Assembly (NCBI GenBank): GCA_003427395.1
Contig: BFEA01000031.1
Location: 4,667,157-4,731,156, forward strand
DNA: 64,000 bases
Source: Chara braunii
Lineage: Eukaryota > Plantae > Charophyceae
Reading direction: 5' to 3'
The first letter of the stretch is position 1. Each line of letters begins with the position of its first letter. Shown in pieces: positions 54,301 through 64,000 of the stretch. The notes beneath the pieces are model-generated. The model did no database searches, was not told the DNA's origin, and worked only from the letters and a program-made list of their open reading frames with translations. The position numbers and the translations under genes were made by a program.

Positions 54301-55645
54301 GGAGCCGGGGGCATTTGGGAGGGCATGGATCCGCAGGGGCGTCACATTTGTTGCTGATCTGTGGTCGACTGTGCTGGGGACGTGGAAGCCGTTGGAAGAG
54401 GTCAAAGCTACTCTACATAACCTACGCTCAGTGGAAACAAATTGGCAGGCACGTATTCAGGCTATTCCCCCAGCTTGGGCGGCTCTGCTGGGCCCAGAGG
54501 GTCTTGACCCCCCTGGTACCTGGTATGCAGGCACTACCGTGGACAGTCATCCGGCGGCATGGAAGTTACTCAGTCTAACCACATCGGGATTCAGAGAAGT
54601 ACAGAACTGGAGGGTAGCGACTGCGGATGGGTTGCTAGAGTTCATTGAGGAGGTGACAGTGAAAGAATGGGCTAACCCTCCACAGATTCGAGTGGTGGAG
54701 AAAAGGGATGGCTTCGGGAGGGTGGTGCAGTCTAGATGGGTGGGGACTGTCCCACTCAGGAAGCTAGGTGTTGACCCTCTAGCCTGGGGGTGGAAGGACG
54801 ACCAAGGAGGGATACCATCGTCTCAGGGGATGGACCTATCTGGCTTTTCCTCTCAGGTTTCTGATCGCCTAGCGGACAAGAGGACCAGGTCTCCAGCTTC
54901 AGTGGCGATCTCCCGCTGGAGCGCAGTGCTGCTGGAGGACCTGCAAGGATCAGAGAAGAATTTCAGGAAGCTTTGGAATGTCCTCCTGGAACTACCAAAC
55001 GTTAAGCACGCCAGCCTCTTATGGATGCTGTCCATGCAGGTCACTCCCTCGGCAGTATGGCTATGTGGTAGGGGTGTGGAAGTATCCTTGGGATGTACCA
55101 GATGCACAGTCTCCCTGGAATCCACCCGCCATCTGTGGTGGGAGTGTCCGGCTTCAAAACGAGTGTGGGCATGGTGGGCCCAGCACTGGCAACAGATGGG
55201 AGGTAAGGATATTGTGTGGGAAGAGAGATGGGTCCTGCTTGGTTTGCCCCCGGAGAGCAGCACTGGGAAGAGAGGTTGGGTGTACATTGCGCAAGTGGCA
55301 AGGGCGGTTATCTGTTCAGTAATCTGGGCTGACAGAAACCGCTCCCGCTTCGAGAAGAGACCCTATTCTGATGTCGAACTCAAAGCGGCCATCAAGAAAG
55401 GCATCCGGCAAGCTATCGTTATTGACTGGAGAAGACGGGCCGAGAAAGGTACTGCTTCCAGGCCCAGACTGTGGTGGTTTTTGAGAACCTGGGCGGTGGA
55501 AAACAGACTGGCAGGAGTACATAGATCCAAAGGGTTGGTCCTGTCCAAGTGGCTGTTCGACCCCCCCAGAGGTTTTAGTTGCAAGCGATTCCGTTGTAGA
55601 TTAGTCATCCACCACTTCGTCCAACCAGGGCACTCGGTTGTATAA
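51304..55645 (+). pseudogene. LINE ORF2: APE endonuclease, reverse transcriptase, zf-RVT; three stops and one frameshift
   Basis: EN: TWNVRG, CVQES, VYAP, GDWN, RLD, SDHKPV. RT: NYRPISVLNVDYKILAK, LDMEKAYDRV, LRQGCPLAPLLF, ADD. Zinc finger: CTRC..ESTRHLWWEC. Confidence 0.93.
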
Positions 55646-56244
55646 GGTCGCGGTAGGCCTCTAGGTGAGTGTCTGGAGAGTAGGGTAGGTAGGTGTCCAG
55701 TTGGCCGGTTTTTAGTCCCACCTGGTCACAGCTTAGTGGTAGGTAGCTAGGGAGGTGGTTTAGTCTGAGTTACCATTCAACGACTACATTCATCAATGAG
55801 TATTTGTTCAAAACGAGACTATTCAGAGAATCAGTGAGGGATCAGCATAGATGTACCACTCATCCTCACTTTTGTCAGTTTTGTGCATAGGAACTTGGGA
55901 AGGTCTTTTAGCAGACTTCGTGCAGGCCTTGCCTGTAAGCTAAGCTGGCTGATGCTGTCAGTATCCTCCGGGTTGAATTGTGAGGTCCCCGGCCTCGATA
56001 CCAATTGAAAGGAATGTTTTTGAGTAAAAAAAAAAAACAAAAAAAAAAATAAAAAAAAATGATAATAATTCGGGGTTGCAGTGTTGACAATCAATCCCCT
56101 TGGCCAGTGCTGGTCATTCATCAATCTCGTGCTGCTGATATCATGCAAACGGGACGAACAATGCGCCCGCTTCCAAGCAAAGCTGCTCGCCGCGGATAGG
56201 CGATGACGTTTGGTGAATGTAGCAGCAACTCCGAGGCCCCGTGA

Positions 56245-56332
56245 CCAGTGAAAGGGTCAGGTATTGTCCAGTGTAAGGGTCCGGTATTGTCCTTTCAGGT
56301 ATTGTCCAGTGTAAGGGTCAGGTATTGTCCTT
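56245..56332 (+). repeat. Short tandem repeat GGTATTGTCC(AGTGTAAGGGTC), ~4 copies
   Basis: Visible repeated 10-23-mers. Confidence 0.75.
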
Positions 56333-56936
56333 CATCGGCAAGAAACTGATGTCTATTCTGGCCCGGCTACTTCTCCGGAAGTCACGCGGGAGAGATTGCC
56401 CTTGCATTTGCGATGTGGAGTGTTTTTTTTTTCTTGGTGACTTTGCGCATGGCCCGTAACATTATTGGATACCTCCTTCGGAACGATGCATGTATGCGCA
56501 AGCAGGACACGCCCCCAAAATTAAAAAAAAAAAACGGAAAATGAGCGGCCAGATCCAGTCGTTCGTTTACAATCTGGCCGCTCACTTCGCCATTTCGCGA
56601 TTTTGCGATCTTGCGATTTTGCGGGCCTTATGTGAGTACTTCGGGCCCTAAGCGAGGCTGATTGATGCACAGATGCGTGTACTTCGGGACATACGTTAAA
56701 ATTGGAATGATACAGAGAGACAAGACTAGCATGGCCCCTGCGCGAGGATGATCCGCAATAATCGAGAAATGGTGCACACACGCGGCTGTTAGCAAACAGC
56801 TTATAGGCTCGTACCCAGGGAGCCGGGTGAACGTAGTAGTACTGTAGTAATGGCAAGGGCTACCCCTTTTCCTTTTTGTTTTTTTCTTCGTTGTTGTTTT
56901 TGACCTCTTTTAGAAAGGAGGAGAAAATGCGTGTGG

Positions 56937-57061
56937 ACAAAAACAAAAACAGAAACAAAAACAAAAACAAAAACAAAAACAGAAACAGAAACAAAAACAA
57001 AAACAAAAACAAAAACAGAAACAGAAACAAAAACAAAAACAAAAACAAAAACAAAAACAAA
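56937..57061. repeat. (AAAAAC/AGAAAC)n hexanucleotide microsatellite
   Basis: About 20 visible units. Confidence 0.95.
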
Positions 57062-57245
57062 GAGTCTGATTCCACGGGGGTCTGTTTAGTGACAGACTTG
57101 TGTATTATTCAGCCTCAGGACCACGTGCCGGGAGAATGGGGACTTTCTCTCCCCCCTTCCCACTGCGGAGGAAGCGGCCCGCCTCTCCACTCCCGCACCT
57201 CAGACCGATCGATCAAGAGAACGGCGGACTCCATAGGTATATAGC

Positions 57246-57283
57246 CTGTCTCTTATACACATCTAGATGTGTATAAGAGACAG
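57246..57283. other. Nextera mate-pair junction adapter (two back-to-back Tn5 mosaic ends); assembly artefact
   Basis: Exact CTGTCTCTTATACACATCT+AGATGTGTATAAGAGACAG, between duplicate copies of a ~56-bp genomic segment. Confidence 0.97.
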
Positions 57284-57331
57284 CTCCCGCACCTCAGACC
57301 GATCGATCAAGAGAACGGCGGACTCCATAGG

Positions 57332-57338
57332 TATAAAG
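57332..57338 (+). promoter_or_regulatory. Candidate TATA box of the GS gene
   Basis: TATAAAG about 210 bp upstream of ATG 57545. Confidence 0.35.
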
Positions 57339-57544
57339 CCCCTCAGTAGGCGTACTCCCACCAGTCCAGCGTCGTCTCGCAATCCAACTCATTACGGATC
57401 GGTCCCCTTTTCCACCCCTCCTACCCATCAAGCTGCCATCGTCGGTGCTCCAGCCAGCATTAGCAATTTAGCACCAGCACGGTGGCGGAGCAGAGCAGAT
57501 TTGAATCCCAGAAGAAGCAGAGCAAAGTGAGAACGGGGACGAGG

Positions 57545-58615
57545 ATGGCGGCGACCGTAGATGACCTCTTGAGGCTGGAGATGCCTGCGGACGAGAAGCG
57601 CATCATTGCAGAGTATATCTGGGTGGGAGGGAGCGGTCTTGACCTCAGGAGCAAGCCCCGCACCCTGCCTGGTCCCGTCAAGTCGGTGTCTGAGCTTCCC
57701 AAGTGGAACTACGATGGGTCCAGCACGGGCCAGGCTCCCGGCGAGGACAGCGAGGTGATTCTCTATCCGCAGGCCATCTTCAGGGATCCCTTCCGAGGCG
57801 GGGACAACATCCTTGTGATGTGCGACTGCTACACTCCTCAGGGCGAGCCCATTCCCACCAACACTCGCTACGCTGCCAACAAGCTGTTCCAGCAGGCGCT
57901 GGAGACGGAGCCGTGGTTCGGCCTGGAGCAAGAATACACTTTGCTGGAGAAGGAGCACAAGTGGCCGCTGGGCTGGCCCGTCAATGGCTACCCCGGCGCG
58001 CAGGGNCCGTACTACTGCGGCGTGGGTGCTGACAAGGCGTGGGGGAGGCGCATCGTGGACGCCCACTACANGGCCTGCGTGTACGCCGGCATCACNATCA
58101 GCGGGACCAACGGCGAGGTGATGCCNGGGCAGTGGGAGTTCCAGGTGGGGCCGGCCGTCGGGATCGCGGCNGGGGACGAGCTGTGGGTGGCGCGGTACTT
58201 GCTGGAGCGGATTACTGAGATGGAGGGGGNNATTCTGTCCCTGGACCCGAAGCCCGTGNAAGGCGACTGGAACGGTGCCGGGTGCCACTGCAACTTCAGC
58301 ACCAAGGCGATGAGGGAGGACNGCGGATGGGAGGTGATCATGGAGGGCGTGAAGAATCTGGAGCTGAGGCACAAGGAACACATCAAGGCNTACGGCGAGG
58401 GCAACGAGCGGCGGCTCACGGGCCGCCACGAGACGGCCAGCATGGACCGGTTCTCGTGGGCCGTTGCGAGCAGAGGGACGTCCGTGAGGATCGGAAGAGA
58501 CACGGAGGCGAAGAAGAAGGGGTACATGGAGGACCGCCGCCCGGCGTCCAACATGGACCNGTACGTCGTCACCTCCCTCGTCTTCGACACCACCANGCTC
58601 TGGAAGCCATTATAG
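57545..58615 (+). CDS. GLN1: Glutamine synthetase type II (eukaryotic, cytosolic GS1-like), 356 aa, intronless
   Basis: [96 protein letters not shown]. First ATG at 57545; no transit peptide; ends LWKPL. Confidence 0.95.
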   Translation: MAATVDDLLRLEMPADEKRIIAEYIWVGGSGLDLRSKPRTLPGPVKSVSELPKWNYDGSSTGQAPGEDSEVILYPQAIFRDPFRGGDNILVMCDCYTPQGEPIPTNTRYAANKLFQQALETEPWFGLEQEYTLLEKEHKWPLGWPVNGYPGAQXPYYCGVGADKAWGRRIVDAHYXACVYAGIXISGTNGEVMXGQWEFQVGPAVGIAXGDELWVARYLLERITEMEGXILSLDPKPVXGDWNGAGCHCNFSTKAMREDXGWEVIMEGVKNLELRHKEHIKXYGEGNERRLTGRHETASMDRFSWAVASRGTSVRIGRDTEAKKKGYMEDRRPASNMDXYVVTSLVFDTTXLWKPL

Positions 58616-58887
58616 AATGAGGTATATACAGTTACATAGTGTTTTTGTACGCATGTACGCCATCCCGCATACGGGTGATTGTACTACTTGCAAGACTATA
58701 GTTCGAATGTCTGGTAGATCGGTTCTGCGTAAGTTATAGTGTACTGCGGTCCTTGCCCTTCGTCTTAGCAGCTTGAAGGGTGAATTATTTTACAATGATG
58801 CATTCTTGAGATAATGTAGGTATATCTAGTCAGTACATGCCATTCAGAGTCGGTTCCGATAGTTGATTGTCTTCGAATTGTTCTTTG

Positions 58888-58890
<3 letters not shown>

Positions 58891-58945
<55 letters not shown>

Positions 58946-59382
58946 GTAGTTGAGGAATGAATAGTGCAATCGTTTCTGTCATAATAATTGGCAGGAGGAC
59001 TGAGGTATGCAATTTCTGGTTATGTCCTCCACCTCGACATGGGGAGGCCACTGCCTTTCATCTTCGTTCTCTGGCGCCAGCTACCGAAGATTGGTGCTAG
59101 TTCTTTGTCTTAGGAGCGCGTTTTTATGAGGTGGATGCTTGTGACGACGTCCTGTTCCGGTTTGATAGTGTACATCTCCGTGTCTGTCTTCGTGACAGTA
59201 TCTGTCGGTCTGTCTGTGGGCTTCTCTGCCCTTTTTTCAGTCATCTGATTGTAACCTCGTCTGTTGCTTGCTTGCGTAAACCGTCTTCCTATCAGTAAGA
59301 GTGTTTCTTTTTCTCCGGGCGTCTGCGTCAGGCTGGATCTGTCACTTTTTCTTTCGGTGCGCGTCCGTTCCTCCCCCCCCAC

Positions 59383-59470
<88 letters not shown>
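58891..59470. repeat. (GA)n at 58891-58942 and (CT)n(CA)n at 59385-59470
   Basis: Visible runs. Confidence 0.9.
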
Positions 59471-59474
<4 letters not shown>

Positions 59475-62391
59475 GAGCCTCTCTTTTCCTCTCACGCGCG
59501 CTGGCGCGGTTTGGTTTTGTTTGCTTTGAGTCTCTTGCTGAGAGAAACTCTGTCGAGCCTTTCTAAGAGCAAGCTTGGCGCCCACCACCTAGAGATATGT
59601 CATTGGTTCCTCCGAGTGGCATTGAGAAAAGACTGCTGGTGTTCATAGGGGGAGGGGACCAGAGGGGAGGCACAGTGACTGACCCCTGACCGGTATTGCC
59701 CACCTATTGTAGCAGGTGTCGCACCTGCTGGTGTGTGCAGCTCCCTCATCTTCCCTCCTCGGAGGCTTGAGCACGGATGTGGCTGCTACAGGGTTCCCCG
59801 CAATTTCATAATGACAATATAAAAAGGCCTGAAAGGCCATCCTGTCCAGATTCGACCGCTATTTGAATTGGGTAGCCTTTTTTAAATAAATTGTTTTTTT
59901 TTTTTTTTAACTAATCTATATTCTTCTCTCAATCTTATTTGTATATATTTTCTTCATCTCATCCTGTCGCTACTCTATGTTCGACTATGTATAGTACGGG
60001 GGAACACCAACCACACCGGGAACTCTTCCCAGCCCATGGACCCAAGGGGTAGGTTGGCACCACGGCAGTGGTGCTAGAGCAAAGCTTGTATCAGCCCCTC
60101 ATCACGATGATGCGGNNTGATCAGGCATTGCCGANGGGGGAAACGGGCGATGCTCTTGCCAAGCATCTTTGGCCAGTCACATGCACCTCCCCCTAGCCCC
60201 CTCCAACCCCACATTTTGGAAAAACAAAAGTTGAAGGATTTGGGCCTCGTGCTGTGTGACCACGCCAGGCACACCATTTTGGCAATTGCCAGAAAGTCGG
60301 GCTCGTGTCTTTTGTGATTTGGGAATTTTGGGCCTCGTGCTATGTGACCGGGCGGGGTAGCATTTAAGCAAAATCGGGATAGGAAAATTGACAGATTTTG
60401 CTGCTATGCCACCGTTCTGAATTGCCTGGGGCGGGCGAGTTCAATGATGATATCTAAAGGCCATCGGGGAAAAAAAAAAAAAAAAAAAAAACACTTTCCT
60501 CGTGGGAGCTTTCCACCAATTATCTCAATTGTTGGGGAGAGCCTAGCTGATTCACCTTTGTGCAGCACTGCAGCTGCATTGGCATCCATGGCGCAACGAC
60601 TTTGTAGACCTTTAGTGACTGTCTTGGCCTGCAATGACTATCTAGGCCTGGGAAAGCTTCCATTAATATGTAGGCCAGCAATGACTAGCTGTGTCTGATT
60701 CATACTGACCTGGATTGAGATGCTCATCTGATGCTTGGTTTTCTGTCGTTATGGTCGGATTGTCAACGTCATGTGTATGGGTGCGTTTGGTTGTCCATTT
60801 TTCTTCCTCGATGCGAAGCATAACCAGTCGAACTTGTTCTTCGAACTTGTGTTCATCCTTAGTGGCCTCTATCCGGAAACCTTGCACAAAGAACCCTAAG
60901 GGTTTTGAGGTTAAGTAAGTTCTTTTCACATCAGAGATTCATTGCCTAAGGGGGCAAAGAACATGCGTGGGCAAAGAAACCAGGCGCGAGTTTGATAAGG
61001 GCAATGAAAGTACGGTTGCCACGGTGTCAGGCCGGGTGTCTTCTTCTTCTTAATTGGTCCAATGGGCCACAGATCAGATATTAAGCTGATCAGAACAGGT
61101 ACTAGACTTGATCTATTTTTAGCCAAAAGGCCCAGAAAGGTATTCGGGTGTCATATTTACAGCCTGAGGAGGAAGGGAGTGGAGCTGGAAGGGACAAAAG
61201 CCTTCTGCCAGACTGCTTCACAGTGTTCACACTGATCNTGTCCACATGTGGCAAATGACCTTTTATTCTTTTTTNATCTAGAAGTCCATGGTGTTGTAGA
61301 GGCCAGTCACTAAGTGCACAGTGATCACCTGGAGCAGTAGGCCGTGGGTGTCCTGGAANATGAGACCACCTCCTATCCCATTCTCAGTTCAATACTCCTA
61401 GCGCACCCCCTANCCCNCTATCCTACCTCAGTGTGACCAGCACTGAGGACCATTACCCTACCAATGGGCAGGTAACTTGGACCGAGCAGCAGTGATAGGC
61501 AGTGATAGGCACCAGGGCTGATAGGTTGCCCAGCCATGGTGGAAGNGGAATCGGACGAGCCTTGTCGAACGGGGACTTTGGACGCCAGGCCCAGCCAATC
61601 TACTACAGGCCCCAAGAGACTCTGGGCCCTAGGTTCAGACAGGGTAGCACCCATTGAAGCAGTCTTACCGTCCTTCCGCTAGCTTACCCAAGGCCAGGCG
61701 GAACTTGGACTGGCCTGAGCGACTTATACCCCTACCCTTAACCTAGGGTCTAAGCCTTACATAGCCACCAGACACTTCTATCCGGATATCAGTAGGGACT
61801 CCGGCGGCCCTTACCTGTACCTACTGCAGATACTAGACCCCACCCAGTGACTAGACCCCCCCAGTCTGATAGTTGTGACGTTCGCAATCTATGTGTATAC
61901 CNGAAGGCTNTGTATGCTCTGTCTATCTATGTATCAAGATGTACAGACAGCACCATGTGTGGGANCTTGTGTATGTAGCCCGTAGGCCATGTATAATTTG
62001 CAACCCAATAAAACCTATGTATATGCCCGAAGGCTGTGTGTNCTCTGTGAATCAATGTATCCAGATGTATACTAGGCAGCATCATGTGTGTATATCGAAG
62101 AGAGAACNGGNTAAGCTGCACAAGGACCCCCCCATGGTCTGAACGAAGCCTGAACCCGTGCCCTTGTAACATGTAATCGAANGACTCTACCATGTGAACT
62201 ACTAGCGGAAAGGGCACGAACGTGTGATATGCCAGACAGGGGAGATCAACAGAACACCCAAGACCAACACCCTCAAGCAACCCATGTGAAACCCAGAACC
62301 AACATGGTGCAACACCATGAACAACCGTTGGGTGGTGCGCAGGCAGTGCAGTACTACAAAGTTGGTTGACACCGACTATTCTTCGGAGGAA

Positions 62392-64000
62392 ATGTCCACG
62401 GCACGGGCAAGTCCAACGCAAGTCCGGTCTCAGAATGCGAATCCTGATCAGAGTCACTATACGTCGGAATCGTCTGGCAGAAGTGATGCAGAGAACATGG
62501 CAATACTCGAAATTTTGCCAGCGCCTCTACCAGGGGAAAGAAGACCGTATTGCATGGCTAATAGGAACGCTAGGAGGAAAGAACAATACAAAAGAGCAAA
62601 AGACATGCTATTAATTGCTCATGGTTCGTGGCATGGCATGTTGCAAGGCTCGCTGTTGTGACAACATACCGCCGGAGCAAGTCCGACAGGTTAGACAAGG
62701 ACTGTACAGTAAGAGTCCAGAAGAGCGAGCAGAGTGGTGGATGAAAAGTCTTAAAGATTTCACATTGAGTGAGGGCGGACACAAACGAGTCCATCCTGTA
62801 GAGTTGGAACGTTCGATGTGTGTCAAGGCGAACTGCAACGTTCTTGGTGTCTCTCGTAATACGTTTTATAGTTACAAGAACCACTTCGATAATGGCTTCA
62901 TACGTTGTGAGCATGGGTTGAGGGGTAGACATCAGCCAACAGAAAAGACGGTCGCCATGCTTGCCAGCATGAAAAATTTCATCGAGTGTCATGCGGATAG
63001 CATGCCGAATGAGATGGCTCACAAAGGTGGGGTTTACAGACCGAAGCTTCGACTGCCAGCAACTTTTACGAAGAGATCTATTTATGAGTGCATCAAATNA
63101 GACTTTNTCGNCGTCNGCCTNNAGGTTGTGTNTNAGTCCAACTTTTATAAACTGTGGCAAAAACACTATTACCACGTTTCCCTCGCACACTTTAACACAT
63201 TCACGAAGTGTGCCGTCTGTCATGAACAGAAAGAGCGTATACAACACGCTGCTCTTCCTCGAGATCGAGAAAGAGCTAGGGATGAGATGAAAGCTCACCA
63301 AAGGCAGCAAGTTGAACACAGATTGGACTATAGTCGCGCGAAGATTAAATCGATGGTCCGTCCCAACGAGCGTTTATGTCTCATCATTGACGGCATGGAT
63401 CAGAAGAAGATGACTATCCCCCATATTGGTCAGGCGAACTACTCGAAAGACCTTAGGCACGAGACGATGATGAAAATGACTCTGACCGATGTCATTGCAC
63501 GCGGTAGAGACCCTCGTATTAATGTGTCCACGTGGTTTCCGTATTTCAAACACGATTCGAACACAGTCGTTACTTGTCTCACGCGAACCCTCGTCGAAAT
63601 TCAAGCGACTGGGGGGTCACTACCACTCTTTTTGCGCATTCAAGCAGATAATTGTTGGCGGGAAAACAAGAACAAGTATGTATGTGCACTGGCTGCACTG
63701 TTGGTGAAGTTCAAAGTTTTCCAAGAGGTGGAAATAGGTTTCATGCTGATGGGACATACCCATACGGACATTGATGCTACTTTCAGTGTCTTCTCGAAGA
63801 AATTGAAAGACACAGACGCTTATACTGTGGACGAGTTGTTTGAGCTCATAGAGCAATCCCACAAAAAGCCTCCCAAATGTGTTTTTCTCGACACATTGGC
63901 AGATTTTATTAGTATAGTAGACCCATGCGTTGCATCAGACATTACCGGTATTTCCCAACCACACTTGCTTAAATTTTTGATGGTTGGAGATAACCCGGGC
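62392..64000 (+). pseudogene. Third Sola-like/DUF7869 transposase (copy C), frameshifted at the N-terminus, running off the window
   Basis: ILPAPLPGERRPYCMANR (copy B: ILPAPMLGERRPYSMANR). Manual translation of 63362-63790 gives CLIIDGMDQKK, LRIQADNCWRENKNK and FMLMGHTHTDIDATFS. Confidence 0.88.

Larger units (their letters stand above)
47850..56059 (+). mobile_element. Long decayed L1/Tx1-type LINE with poly-A tail; 5' boundary approximate
   Basis: ORF1 with CCHC knuckle, ORF2 with EN-RT-zf-RVT, A-rich tail at 56026-56059. Confidence 0.88.

Noticed and set aside
57246-57283. Possible genuine Tn5/IS50 insertion or horizontal transfer
   Set aside because: The exact back-to-back engineered mosaic ends match the library adapter.
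57482-57544. N-terminal extension of GS from GTG 57482
   Set aside because: Non-ATG start; ATG 57545 gives the canonical ~356-aa cytosolic length.
57428-58593. Long antisense ORFs over GS, and similarly 19010-19987 and 17816-18484 on +
   Set aside because: Shadow frames of GC3-rich coding sequence on the opposite strand.
59140-61880. Possible LTR element between GS and transposase copy C
   Set aside because: No paired LTRs, TSD or coding motifs could be established by eye.

Overview
Repeat-rich eukaryotic DNA with (GA)n/(CA)n microsatellites, N-gaps and nested decayed transposons. A streptophyte alga such as Chara is my inference from the glutamine synthetase and the repeat content. The only clear host gene is an intronless cytosolic-type glutamine synthetase (57545-58615). 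The main result is a candidate ~29.3 kb giant DNA transposon (11561-40905). It has 28-bp asymmetric inverted repeats and is inserted at a TT site inside the GIY-YIG endonuclease frame of a Penelope-like element; removing it restores the E-x11-N motif. It carries a Sola-like/DUF7869-type DDD transposase, a Ulp1 protease, a large decayed gene with ParB/DGQHR-like and degenerate N6/N4 DNA-methyltransferase-like segments, unknown cargo genes and long hairpins. It also holds ~35-40 copies (manual count) of a 14-bp palindrome, TCGGATNNATCCGA, which I did not find in the unrelated flanking DNA. Two further partial copies of the family lie at the window edges. Also present are a long decayed L1-type LINE, two MITE-like elements and a Nextera mate-pair junction adapter (assembly artefact) just upstream of the GS gene.
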